Shown one piece after another: positions 44,931-54,292 of a stretch of 64,000 nucleotides of DNA (within the stretch, counting starts at the first letter, position 1; the number at the start of each line of letters is the position of its first letter). A program made the translations under genes and the position numbers. Source of the stretch: Dehalococcoidia bacterium. Lineage in GTDB: Bacteria > Chloroflexota > Dehalococcoidia > Lucifugimonadales > UBA1123. The notes under the pieces were generated by a model. The model made no database searches and was not told the origin of the DNA. It saw only the letters and a list, made by a program, of their open reading frames with translations. The stretch is taken from NCBI GenBank assembly GCA_965197685.1, contig CBDANP010000006.1, forward strand, positions 621,655-685,654, given 5' to 3'.

Positions 44931-45017
44931 ACTGATGTTACGCACTTAGCTATGAATTCCTAAACGAGAATAAGCCAGCTCAGCTACGAAATCTCTCTCA
45001 ACTGCGTAAGGTCAGTT
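44930..45017. repeat. inverted pair of the 27-nt dispersed repeat
   Basis: AACTGATGTTACGCACTTAGCTATGAA (44930-44956) and the reverse complement of 44991-45017 (AACTGACCTTACGCAGTTGAGAGAGAT). They are related to 16187-16213. Confidence 0.5.
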
Positions 45018-45148
45018 ATTAATCGTGCCGCCGCCACCGAATTTTCATTCCTGATTCACAATTCTTATGTGAAACTTGACACAATCTACGCGGTTCACTA
45101 AAATTTCCTGAATTGGCGGTTGGGTTGCCTGTGTTTCAGGGGTTTGGC

Positions 45149-45682
45149 ATGGAGTTGAACGTTTCACAGTTGTTGATGCAGCCCAGCGGCTCCGGCCGCG
45201 GATACTGGATTGACGAGGTTGTAAATCTCATAGACGGATTTCGTCAAACAAGGATTCAGGGAAGGGTGAACCTTCTCAGAACCAACAAGAGCATCTGGGT
45301 AAGCGCGGCCCTCGACACGGCCATAGACTCCGAATGTGGACGCTGCCTTATTCCATTCAGCCACCCCATACACCTGGAGATGGAAGAGGAATTTGTCCCA
45401 ACACTGAATCCAATGACCGGAGCGAAAGTTCCGCCGCCCGACGATGATGATAAGGATTACTGCACCATAGACGAGAACCATATTCTCGACCTTACCGAGA
45501 CCGCGCGAGAGTACGCTATAATGGCGTTGCCAATGAAACCCCTCTGCGACCACGGGTGCGTCGGACTGTGTCCCTCCTGTGGGGTGGACCTGAATCAGGG
45601 CAGTTGTTCATGCGAGGCCCCGGTGGACGCTCGCTGGGGACCGCTTCTTGAACTGATGTCGGCAATGCCCGAAAAAGACTAG
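45149..45682 (+). CDS. yceD: YceD/DUF177 family protein
   Basis: Its position upstream of rpmF and the C-terminal CDHGCVGLCPSCGVDLNQGSCSC are typical. The start is at ATG 45149 (MELNVSQ...). Confidence 0.85.
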   Translation: MELNVSQLLMQPSGSGRGYWIDEVVNLIDGFRQTRIQGRVNLLRTNKSIWVSAALDTAIDSECGRCLIPFSHPIHLEMEEEFVPTLNPMTGAKVPPPDDDDKDYCTIDENHILDLTETAREYAIMALPMKPLCDHGCVGLCPSCGVDLNQGSCSCEAPVDARWGPLLELMSAMPEKD

Positions 45683-45703
45683 AACCGAAACGAGAAACGA
45701 TAA

Positions 45704-45898
45704 ATGCCACCACTTCCAAAGAAAAAACATTCCAAAAAGCGACAGGGCGGACGCTCCGCCCACTTTGCGATAAAGGGTGTCTCACTGTCCAGGTGCCCCC
45801 AGTGCCAGAGTGCCCGACTTCCGCACAGAGTCTGCATTAGCTGTGGATACTACAACGGGCGGGAGGTGATTCCCGCGTCGGACTCGGACATCTTCTAA
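45704..45898 (+). CDS. rpmF: 50S ribosomal protein L32
   Basis: PKKKHSKKRQGGRSAH...CPQCQSARLPHRVCISCGYYNGREV. Confidence 0.93.
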   Translation: MPPLPKKKHSKKRQGGRSAHFAIKGVSLSRCPQCQSARLPHRVCISCGYYNGREVIPASDSDIF

Positions 45899-45954
45899 AA
45901 AGGCGCATCCGTACAGAAATTTCATACTCACATCGCCCCAATGGAGTTTTCGAC

Positions 45955-46914
45955 ATGACACTCACGTTTAACGCCGAAGCGCGCGGCCCCGAAGTAGCCT
46001 ATCTTTTTCCCGGACAGGGAGCGCAGGCGGTTGGAATGGGAAAAGAGTTGTACGACAACTCCCCCGCCGCCCGCGATGTTTTCGACCAGATTGACGACGC
46101 GCTCGAACGCTCGCTCACCAGGATAATGTTCGAGGGGCCGGAAGATGAACTCCGCCAGACCGTGAATGCCCAGCCGGGCATAATGGCCGTCAGTCTCGCC
46201 TGCATGAAAACGATGGAACAGGAATTAGACCCTGACATCATGCCCAACCCCGTCTTCATGGCCGGACACAGCCTCGGTGAATACACCGCTCTCGCCGTAT
46301 CCGGCGTACTGGGCGTTGACCAGACAGCCCTTCTCGTTCAGGAGAGAGGCCGCCTCATGCAGGACGCCTGCGACCAAAATCCCGGAACCATGGCAGCCGT
46401 AATCGGCCTCGACCAGATCGCCCTTCAGGAAGTGGTCCGCGAAACCGGAGTCTGGATATCCAACGTAAACACCGGCGACCAGATAGTAATTAGCGGCGAG
46501 CGCATGGCGATAGCCAGGGCAATGGACCTCTGCGATGCGCGCGGCGCTAAGAAAGTCGTCGCTCTCAAGGTCGGCGGAGCCTTCCACTCCGGCCTGATGG
46601 AGCCTGCCAGGGCGGGGCTTATGAACGCCATCGAAAGCATGGACTTCCAGGAGGCCCGCGTTCCTATCGTCGCCAACTGCACCGGCTCCCCGATCACCGA
46701 CGCCGCCCAAATCAAGGAAGAGCTTCTCTCCCAGGTATGCGGCACCGTCCAGTGGAAAGACACTATAAACTACATGGTCGGCTCCGGCGTTGACAGCTTC
46801 GTGGAGATAGGCCCGGGCCGCGCTCTCAGCGGAATGGTCAAGCGCATCAACCGCCGCGCGAGAACGTCCAATGTCACCGATCTGGACTCGATACTCAATC
46901 TGCGCAGGAACTAG
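45955..46914 (+). CDS. fabD: ACP S-malonyltransferase
   Basis: FPGQGAQAVGMG, GHSLGEY (nucleophile Ser) and GAFHSGLM. Confidence 0.93.
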   Translation: MTLTFNAEARGPEVAYLFPGQGAQAVGMGKELYDNSPAARDVFDQIDDALERSLTRIMFEGPEDELRQTVNAQPGIMAVSLACMKTMEQELDPDIMPNPVFMAGHSLGEYTALAVSGVLGVDQTALLVQERGRLMQDACDQNPGTMAAVIGLDQIALQEVVRETGVWISNVNTGDQIVISGERMAIARAMDLCDARGAKKVVALKVGGAFHSGLMEPARAGLMNAIESMDFQEARVPIVANCTGSPITDAAQIKEELLSQVCGTVQWKDTINYMVGSGVDSFVEIGPGRALSGMVKRINRRARTSNVTDLDSILNLRRN

Positions 46915-47007
46915 CCGTTAGAGTGTCCAAGCCTGTATAATCTGCGGGCGCGCGCTTGCGCGAACCAGAATTCCTGAATACCCGGCCCGGATAGCACACT
47001 GCGAGAT

Positions 47008-47481
47008 ATGGTACAGACCCAGAACAGAGCGCCCAACTCCAGGCGTATGACGCGCGTCGCCGTGTTGCAGGTGCTCTCCGAGGTGGACTGTGTTGACCAT
47101 GCTTTGGACGACGTGCTGTCATACAGACGGCAGTCCCAGGAATTCGCGCCCTCGGCTGATCAATTCCTGACATACATGACTGAAGGCGTCCTTGAAAATA
47201 TCCATGAATTAGATAAGATAATCGCTGAGTTTGCCCCGAACTGGCCAGTCTCGCATATGTCCGTTATTGACCGCAATTTGCTCAGGATGGCCATATACGA
47301 GATAACTATGTGGGGTGATACTCCGCCGAAGGTCGCCATAAACGAGGCTGTGGAGCTTGCCAAGGTCTTCGGTTCCGAAAGCTCTCCCAGGTTCGTCAAC
47401 GGCGTGCTTGGGTCGGTGATGGAAGTTTCACTCTCGAATCAACCGTCGCCAATTACGAATTCTGCTGACACGGAGGTATAA
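47008..47481 (+). CDS. nusB: transcription antitermination factor NusB
   Basis: [13 protein letters not shown]...[26 protein letters not shown]. Confidence 0.9.
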   Translation: MVQTQNRAPNSRRMTRVAVLQVLSEVDCVDHALDDVLSYRRQSQEFAPSADQFLTYMTEGVLENIHELDKIIAEFAPNWPVSHMSVIDRNLLRMAIYEITMWGDTPPKVAINEAVELAKVFGSESSPRFVNGVLGSVMEVSLSNQPSPITNSADTEV

Positions 47482-47483
47482 CT

Positions 47484-47744
47484 GTGGCAACGATACTGGA
47501 GCGGGTACAGGAAGTTGTAGCCGAAAAACTGAGTGTAGATGAGTCTGAAGTTGTGGTCGAGGCCTCTTTTACCGAAGACCTCAACGCCGACTCCCTGGAC
47601 CTGGTCGAGCTTATCATGGCTTTTGAAGAAGAGTTCTCCACCGACGACGTCACGCTGGAAATCTCCGATGAGGATGCCGAGAATATACAGACCGTTCAGC
47701 AGGCCGTGGACTACCTCGCCGCCAACGGCATAGCCGACGACTAG
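47484..47744 (+). CDS. acpP: acyl carrier protein
   Basis: [20 protein letters not shown] (phosphopantetheine Ser). The GTG start lies 2 nt after the nusB stop. Confidence 0.93.
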   Translation: MATILERVQEVVAEKLSVDESEVVVEASFTEDLNADSLDLVELIMAFEEEFSTDDVTLEISDEDAENIQTVQQAVDYLAANGIADD

Positions 47745-47849
47745 ACCGGCGCGGACACCGCCGGACTACTCCCCACACACCGTATAACCCGACAGACAGG
47801 CCAGATAATAGCTTGTCTATTCAAAGACTACCGGAAAAAGGCCAGTCCG

Positions 47850-49508
47850 CTGACCAGAGCCAACGTTTTCATCACAGGATTCTCGGGTGCTGGCAAGACA
47901 ACCATCGGTAAAGAGGTCGCCCGCCTTCTCGGCTGGACTTTTGTGGATACCGATGACGAGATAGTCGCGTCCCAGGGAATGGCAATCGAGGACATCTTCA
48001 GCCGATACGGCGAGGATGAGTTCCGCCGTATCGAACTCCGTACTCTCGAAAGGGTTGCCCGCGCCGACCGGCAGGTCGTATCCACCGGCGGCGGTATCGT
48101 CATGGACGAGTGCAATCGCGCTGTCATGGAGGCCAACGGCGTCGTAGTGCTGTTGGAAGCGCGGCCTGAAACCATACTCAGCCGACTCTCGGATCAGCAG
48201 GCCCAGGACGATGATGTCGCCGCGAGACCCATGCTGGAAGCTGCCGACCTCGAAGAGCGCGTTCGTACCTTGAAGGCCCTCAGACAGTTCAACTATACTC
48301 TGGCCCACTGGACAGTACACACCGACTTCCTGACCCCCGAGGACGCGGCGGTGGAAGTCGTTCGGGGGTTCGATATGGTCAACGCTCGCTTGCAAAGCCA
48401 ACCCGATGCGCCGGAATCTTCCGACCTGGCGGCGCAGGTTCGCACCTCGTCCGGCGACTACCCGCTCTGGGTCGGCTGGGACATCATCGAAGAACTCGGC
48501 GAGCGCGTCCGCCGCATAATGGACCCGCCCGTCGCCTATATAATCTCAGACAACCATGTGCAGAGCCAGGCGCGCCGCGCCCAGCGAGCGATGGAGAGCG
48601 TCGGAATACCCACGCACCTGTTCTTCATACCCCCGGGTGAACAAAGCAAGACCCTTGAAACCGCCCAGCACATCTACCACTGGCTCGCGTCACTCAAGGC
48701 GGAGCGTGGGCACCTCATCCTCGCCGTGGGCGGTGGGGTCGTTGGCGACCTTGCCGGATTCGTAGCCGCGACATTCCTGCGCGGGATACCCTATGCCCAG
48801 GTGCCGACCAGCCTTCTGGCAATGATGGACTCCTCCATCGGTGGCAAGACCGCCGTTGACCTGCCCCAGGGCAAGAACCTTGTCGGTGCTTTCTACCAGC
48901 CCCAATTCGTTCTCGCCGACGTTTCCACGCTCCAGACCCTGCCCCCGCGCGAACTCGCGTCGGGCTGGGCCGAGGCGATAAAGCACGGCCTCATAATGGA
49001 CGACGACCTGCTCTCCACGTTCGAGAGCCTTCCGGGCAAGATACAGTCCCTCCGGCCCGAAATAGCCACTGACGTTATCCGTCGCAGCATGGCGATAAAG
49101 GCCAACGTCGTGTCCCAGGACGAGAAGGAGACGCTCGGAATTCGGGTGCTTCTCAACTACGGACACACCATAGGTCACGCTATCGAGGCCGCCGCCGGAT
49201 ACGGACGCTACCTGCACGGCGAGGCGGTGAGCATAGGCATGATGGGAGCCGCGAACATAGGCCGCCGCATGGGGTTGATGTCCGACTCCGAAGTCGAGCG
49301 GCAGAGGTCCATTCTCACCACCTACGCCCTTCCCCTGGACGCCAGGGACGTTGACCCCGAAGCCGTCTCCGAAGCAATGCGCTCCGACAAGAAGACCTCC
49401 GCGGGCGCTATACGCTGGGTTCTGCTGGACGGTATAGGCAGCGCCACCACCCGAAACGATGTACCCTCTGACATGGTGCGGACGGTATTGAATGACCTGA
49501 TGTACTGA
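47850..49508 (+). CDS. aroKB: bifunctional shikimate kinase / 3-dehydroquinate synthase
   Basis: AroK part: NVFITGFSGAGKTTIGKEVARLLGWTFVDTDDEIV. AroB part: VGGGVVGDLAGF and NYGHTIGHAIE. The P-loop lies upstream of the first ATG/GTG/TTG (listed start 47943). The frame is open from 47745, and CTG 47850 is proposed as the start. Confidence 0.85.
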   Translation: MTRANVFITGFSGAGKTTIGKEVARLLGWTFVDTDDEIVASQGMAIEDIFSRYGEDEFRRIELRTLERVARADRQVVSTGGGIVMDECNRAVMEANGVVVLLEARPETILSRLSDQQAQDDDVAARPMLEAADLEERVRTLKALRQFNYTLAHWTVHTDFLTPEDAAVEVVRGFDMVNARLQSQPDAPESSDLAAQVRTSSGDYPLWVGWDIIEELGERVRRIMDPPVAYIISDNHVQSQARRAQRAMESVGIPTHLFFIPPGEQSKTLETAQHIYHWLASLKAERGHLILAVGGGVVGDLAGFVAATFLRGIPYAQVPTSLLAMMDSSIGGKTAVDLPQGKNLVGAFYQPQFVLADVSTLQTLPPRELASGWAEAIKHGLIMDDDLLSTFESLPGKIQSLRPEIATDVIRRSMAIKANVVSQDEKETLGIRVLLNYGHTIGHAIEAAAGYGRYLHGEAVSIGMMGAANIGRRMGLMSDSEVERQRSILTTYALPLDARDVDPEAVSEAMRSDKKTSAGAIRWVLLDGIGSATTRNDVPSDMVRTVLNDLMY

Positions 49509-49522
49509 CACTCGGAGGGCTG

Positions 49523-50362
49523 TTGGAATACCTCGACTGGATACTGATGGCCCTTTTGGGGGTAGGCTCCGGCGCTTACGGCGTTCTAGTAGGAGCGGGC
49601 GGAGGTTTCATCCTCAGTCCGATGCTTCTGCTGGCATTCGACTCCGAAGACCCAGAGATAGTGGCGGGCACTGTGCTGGCGGCCATCGCTGTCAACAGTA
49701 TCCTGGTCGCCCTGATATATATCAGAATGAAGGTCGTGGACTACCGCAGCGCGCTGCTTTTCGCGGGTGCTGCGGCGCCGGGCGCGGTCATCGGCGCATT
49801 CGGCGTAGGCGCGGTCGCGCCCGAGATTTTCAAAACCCTCTTCGGGGCCCTTCTGCTTCTGCTCGCGCTCCAGCTCGCGCTTCGTCCCAGCGTTCCGCGC
49901 AACGCCCGGGTCGAGCAGCCGCGCCACATCATATCCGCGACTGTCAGAAGACGCCATATCACAACCGCCTCCGGCCAGGAGTACTCTTACGAATTCAACG
50001 AGGCTCTCGCCACCTCGTTCAACGTCGTGCTTGGATTCATATCCAGCTTCTTCGGGATAGGCGGGGGCTTTCTCAGAACGCCCATACTCGTCATAGCCTT
50101 TGGATTCCCCGTGCGTATAGCCGCCGCTTCCTCCGTGTTCGCCCTTGCCATATACGGCAGCGCGGGCGCGATAACCCACGGCTTCCTGGGACATATAGAG
50201 TTGTTCCCAACGCTGCTTTTCACCGGCGTGGGACTCGTCGTTGGCGGACAGATAGGCGCGATGTTCTCAGGACGAGTGCGCGGAGTCTGGGTGATGCGGA
50301 TGCTCCTGGTAATCGTTCTACTCCTGGGCATTCGCCTGATGTGGCAGGGCCTCTTCGGATAG
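49523..50362 (+). CDS. TauE/SafE family sulfite-exporter-like membrane protein
   Basis: Two internal repeats with GxGGG motifs (GVLVGAGGGFIL, FFGIGGGFLRTP) and 7-8 transmembrane helices. Confidence 0.8.
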   Translation: MEYLDWILMALLGVGSGAYGVLVGAGGGFILSPMLLLAFDSEDPEIVAGTVLAAIAVNSILVALIYIRMKVVDYRSALLFAGAAAPGAVIGAFGVGAVAPEIFKTLFGALLLLLALQLALRPSVPRNARVEQPRHIISATVRRRHITTASGQEYSYEFNEALATSFNVVLGFISSFFGIGGGFLRTPILVIAFGFPVRIAAASSVFALAIYGSAGAITHGFLGHIELFPTLLFTGVGLVVGGQIGAMFSGRVRGVWVMRMLLVIVLLLGIRLMWQGLFG

Positions 50363-50394
50363 GCGTCGCCTCTGAAAAGGCAGGCACAGCGGCG

Positions 50395-50994
50395 TTATGC
50401 CGATGGGATTATCTCCCCGTTCTCGTTCGCGGACAGCAGCGTTTGGTACGAATACCCCCTGCGTCTTAGTTCCGCGCTGCCGCCCTCGTTGCGGTCGAGT
50501 ATAGACAGAACCTTGACGACCGTGTATCCCGCGTTCTCCACTGCCTCGATAGCGTGAAAAAGGCTGGCCGCCGTAGTGCAAGTATCGTCCACGACCGCGA
50601 CAGGCGCGCCTGCGCCGAGCGCGGCGGTCGGTCCTTCTATCGCTCGCTTCCCGCCGTAGCCTTTGGTCTCCTTGCGAACTATCAGGCCCGGTATGGGATG
50701 ACCTTCGATTTGGCTCACGACCGAGACCGAGGACACGATTGGGTCCGCGCCCAGGGTCGGCCCGGCTATGGCCTGGGCGCCGCACTCCCGCAGAATGGGC
50801 AAGAATGCCTGCGCCACGCGGTATCCACCCTCCGGGTCCAGGGTCAGAATACGTCCGTCGAAGTAGTAGCTGCTCATTCCGCCCGCCGAGAGCCGGAATT
50901 CGCCGAACTGCAACGCTCCCTTTGCCTTCGCCAGTTCCAGTATCTCAGAAGCCGCTTGGCGGTCCGTCGCGCTACCCGATTTTGAGTTTTCCAT
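50395..50994 (-). CDS. pyrE: orotate phosphoribosyltransferase
   Basis: GEFRLSAGGMSSYYFDGR and the PRPP loop VAVVDDTCTTAAS. Confidence 0.88.
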   Translation of the reverse strand: MENSKSGSATDRQAASEILELAKAKGALQFGEFRLSAGGMSSYYFDGRILTLDPEGGYRVAQAFLPILRECGAQAIAGPTLGADPIVSSVSVVSQIEGHPIPGLIVRKETKGYGGKRAIEGPTAALGAGAPVAVVDDTCTTAASLFHAIEAVENAGYTVVKVLSILDRNEGGSAELRRRGYSYQTLLSANENGEIIPSA

Positions 50995-51100
50995 TCAGTA
51001 CCTCGATGAATGTCTGAATCAGGATTTGCCGGATTTCAGGATGCCCAGAATATAAAGACGGTCACAGTGATGCGCCCCTGCGACGATTGTAGATAGTTGC

Positions 51101-52114
51101 TCAGGGCCATTGCAGAACGCCGTCCTTGTAAATCTCCTTCAGGAAGCGGTCGGTGAAGACCGACTCCACTTCCACCGCGTTCGGAAGCCCCTCATACTCC
51201 AGGAGCGAGTCGTGGAAACTCTGCCACTGCTCCGCGCTCATCCATCCGAACCCGTTCTGCTCGGTCAGCGGCGAGGTGGCATCCTTCTGCTCCTCCAGCA
51301 TCATGTACCGCATATGCTCGCGGTTCTCGCCCTCCGCGTACTTCATCACCATGTCCAGCGCCTCTTCCGTATTGGCGAAGGCGTACTCCATGCCCTTCAT
51401 CGTCGCCTTCAGGAAGCGTTTCGTGGCTTCGGGGTTGTCTTCCGCGAAGTCCTCTCTGGTCACGTAGGTCAGGCCCATGGTCTGCATCCCATAGTCCGCC
51501 GCATCGAACGTCACCACCTCGAAGCCGATGCCGCGCACGATGTTCGGCTCGTTCGACTTGAACACCGCGAGAATGTCCACCTGCCCCTCGGTCAGCACTC
51601 GCGGGTCAAAACCGACCCTGACCTCCTGTATCTTCGACCTGTCCACCTGCGCGGAGTTCACGATGGCCAGGTATTCGGGAGGAATCGTGCCTTTGTAGCC
51701 GAACGTCTTGTCTTCCCAGTCTTGCGGCGCGCTGATGCCCGACTCCGAGAGCGCCATGAACGACTGCTGGCCGCGCTGGCCGAACAGCGCAATCGCCACG
51801 ATAGGCAGCCCGGGGTCGGCCCTGAGTTTCAGCGTGTGTCCGGCGTCGGCGGATACGAAGTCCGCCTCGCCGCCCATCAGCAGGTTCATGGACTCTCCAA
51901 TCGAGTGTTGAATATCCACGTCAAGGCCCTGCTCCTGAAAGTAGCCCTGCTCCTGCGCGGCGTACACCGCCACCAGGGGAAGATTGGCCTGCGCCTTGTA
52001 GCCCGCCACGAACCTGACGCTCTGAATCTCAGGCTCAGGCTCGGAACATCCGAGTATGACAAGCGCGGACAAAAGGGCTATGTACGCGAAAGCAAGAGTT
52101 ATAACTTTCTTCAT
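51101..52114 (-). CDS. ABC transporter substrate-binding protein (NMT1/THI5-like, NitT/TauT family)
   Basis: Lipoprotein-like signal LLSALVILGCSE, NMT1-type fold motifs, and its position in an operon with a matching permease and ATPase. Confidence 0.8.
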   Translation of the reverse strand: MKKVITLAFAYIALLSALVILGCSEPEPEIQSVRFVAGYKAQANLPLVAVYAAQEQGYFQEQGLDVDIQHSIGESMNLLMGGEADFVSADAGHTLKLRADPGLPIVAIALFGQRGQQSFMALSESGISAPQDWEDKTFGYKGTIPPEYLAIVNSAQVDRSKIQEVRVGFDPRVLTEGQVDILAVFKSNEPNIVRGIGFEVVTFDAADYGMQTMGLTYVTREDFAEDNPEATKRFLKATMKGMEYAFANTEEALDMVMKYAEGENREHMRYMMLEEQKDATSPLTEQNGFGWMSAEQWQSFHDSLLEYEGLPNAVEVESVFTDRFLKEIYKDGVLQWP

Positions 52115-52159
52115 GTATGGGTACTTTCCCTTCCGGTCTGATTCGTTGGAAAAAAGACT

Positions 52160-53011
52160 TTACATCACGCTGGAAGATTCGTGCCAGAATAATACTCTCT
52201 TCTCGATCACCGATAATAGTATAGTCAGGCCCACTCCCATAAACGACAGGGTGAATATGGCGCTGAACAGCGTGGGCATATCCAGGTTGCTGTGCGCCAC
52301 GATTATCACGCTTCCCAGTCCCCTGTCCGCGCTGAACCACTCGCCGATTACCGCGCCTATCACAGACAGCGGGATGGAGACCCGAAAGGCGGAGAACAGG
52401 TAGGGCATCGCGCTCGGCGCCCTGAGCTTCAGGAATATCTCCCGCCGCGACGCCCGTATCGAGTGCATGAAGTCCATCGTTCCGCTGTCCACCGACCTGA
52501 ATCCGGTCACCCCATTCACCAGGACGGGAAAGAACGTTATCAGGGCAACGATTAGCACCTTCGGAACCGGGCCGAACCCGAACCATATTACGAACAGCGG
52601 CGCGACCGCCACAACCGGCGTAACTTTTACCAGAATCGCCAACGGCAGCAGGCTGCGTTCGATAAAGCGGGAGTGGGTCATCAGCGCGGCGCCCACCAGC
52701 GCGACCGCAGTCCCCAGTGCGAAGCCCGCCAGCGCCTCGGCCAGGGTCACCGCCCCCTCTCCGGCGAAGAACCCTATGTCGCCTATCAGCCTGTCCAGCA
52801 CCTCGGACGGGGCAGGCACGATGTACGTCGGCACGCCCGTGAGCCGCGTCCACAGCTCCCACACTATGCCCGCGAGGGTCAGCGCTATGACCGGCGGCAG
52901 AACGTAGCTCAACCCAATCCTCGTGACGCGCAGGCGGCGCGCATCCAGGGGCCACTTGCGTCCAGGCTGTCCGGCGACCCGGACGCGCCTATCGAGCGAG
53001 GGCTTGTTCAT
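52160..53011 (-). CDS. ABC transporter permease (NitT/TauT family)
   Basis: Six transmembrane helices and an EAA-like loop (MHSIRASRREIFLKLRAPSAMPYL). Confidence 0.85.
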   Translation of the reverse strand: MNKPSLDRRVRVAGQPGRKWPLDARRLRVTRIGLSYVLPPVIALTLAGIVWELWTRLTGVPTYIVPAPSEVLDRLIGDIGFFAGEGAVTLAEALAGFALGTAVALVGAALMTHSRFIERSLLPLAILVKVTPVVAVAPLFVIWFGFGPVPKVLIVALITFFPVLVNGVTGFRSVDSGTMDFMHSIRASRREIFLKLRAPSAMPYLFSAFRVSIPLSVIGAVIGEWFSADRGLGSVIIVAHSNLDMPTLFSAIFTLSFMGVGLTILLSVIEKRVLFWHESSSVM

Positions 53012-53795
53012 TGCGGTTCCCCTGTGATAGAAGATCGTGCAGCATTTCGGAGTAGCGTAGAAACTCAGGCTTACGCTCCATACTGCGTGAGCGCGGCCTC
53101 GACAGGCCGATCTCCACCACCTCGATTATGCGTCCGGGCCTGCTCGACAGCACCGCCACCCGGTCGGAGAGCGTAACCGCCTCGGAAATGCTGTGCGTAA
53201 CGAACACCACGCTCTTTTTGTCCGCATTCCATATTCGCAGCAGTTCATAGCCCATCGCGGCGCGCGTTATCTCGTCCAGCGCTCCGAAAGGCTCGTCCAT
53301 GAGCAATAGCGACGCGCCCGAGGCGAGCGCACGGGCCAGCGCCACCCTTTGGAGCATCCCGCCCGAGATCTGTGAGGGGTAATAGTCGGCGTACCTGTCC
53401 AGCCCGACAAGGCTCAGCAACTCCGCGACCGAATGGCCATTCTCCGGGTTGTTCCGGCGATTGACCTCCAACGGCAGCCGGACATTGTCCGTAACCGTGC
53501 GCCAGGGCATCAGGGAAGGCTCCTGGAACACGAACCCTAACGCCTTGTCCGCCTGCGCCTCGGCGGGCGTCCGATCATCTATCTGTATCTCGCCCGAAGT
53601 CGGCTCTGTAAGCCCGCCTATAAGCCTCAACAGCGTGGACTTGCCGCATCCGCTCGGCCCGATGAGACACAGGAATTCACCGCGCGCTATCTCCAGGCCG
53701 ACGTCCTGAAGCACGTCCCGGCCATCGGCCCCGCTGTCGAAGCGCTTGTACACGCCGCTTATGCTGACGTGGGGAGATTTGGAGATGGTGGTCAA
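52989..53795 (-). CDS. ABC transporter ATP-binding protein (NitT/TauT family)
   Basis: Walker A GPSGCGKST, signature ISGGMLQRVALARAL and Walker B LLLMDEPFGALD. Confidence 0.92.
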   Translation of the reverse strand: MTTISKSPHVSISGVYKRFDSGADGRDVLQDVGLEIARGEFLCLIGPSGCGKSTLLRLIGGLTEPTSGEIQIDDRTPAEAQADKALGFVFQEPSLMPWRTVTDNVRLPLEVNRRNNPENGHSVAELLSLVGLDRYADYYPSQISGGMLQRVALARALASGASLLLMDEPFGALDEITRAAMGYELLRIWNADKKSVVFVTHSISEAVTLSDRVAVLSSRPGRIIEVVEIGLSRPRSRSMERKPEFLRYSEMLHDLLSQGNRNEQALAR

Positions 53796-53956
53796 AGTGC
53801 CGCCTTTGTCGCAGGGCCACGGACGCGCGCAGGTGTGGAATCAGTCAATTGTAATATAGTATAAAGTTGAAGTCGCAAGTTGCAACCGACAATACTGACG
53901 CGGGGCGCAAGCCCCAAAGGCCCGATAGAAATAAAACTTGCCCATAGGAGTTTACT

Positions 53957-54280
53957 ATGTACCTGGTAAGAAGAATCTTCAATACCAAACCCGGAGAAGC
54001 GCGCAGGGTTGCCAGCATGATCCATAAGCAGGCGCAGCTATATCGCGACGCCGGACACCGGAGCGAATTCAAGGTCTATTTCAATGGCGGCACGCTGCCG
54101 GGCGATACCAACGTGGTGGTGCTGGAGTGGACGGACGAAGCGCTCATGTCCCCGATGCGCGAAGGCAATGACCTCCCGCAGGAGGCGCTGACGCTCGGAC
54201 GCGCGGCCCTCGAGTTCGTGGAGAGCAACAGGATAGAGTTCATGGAGTTGCTCACCCCCGACAAGATGATGGATTTATAG
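53957..54280 (+). CDS. hypothetical small protein
   Basis: 107-aa ORF with coding-like composition. No family was recognised. Confidence 0.45.
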   Translation: MYLVRRIFNTKPGEARRVASMIHKQAQLYRDAGHRSEFKVYFNGGTLPGDTNVVVLEWTDEALMSPMREGNDLPQEALTLGRAALEFVESNRIEFMELLTPDKMMDL

Positions 54281-54292
54281 CCGACGCCGCTG

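Noticed and set aside
53796-53956. TPP (THI-box) riboswitch upstream of the NMT1/THI5-like ABC operon.
   Set aside because: Reading the minus strand, I could not find the conserved CUGAGA / ACCUGA THI-box elements. Only a short GGGGC-GCAA-GCCCC hairpin is present. An Rfam scan would be needed to exclude it formally.
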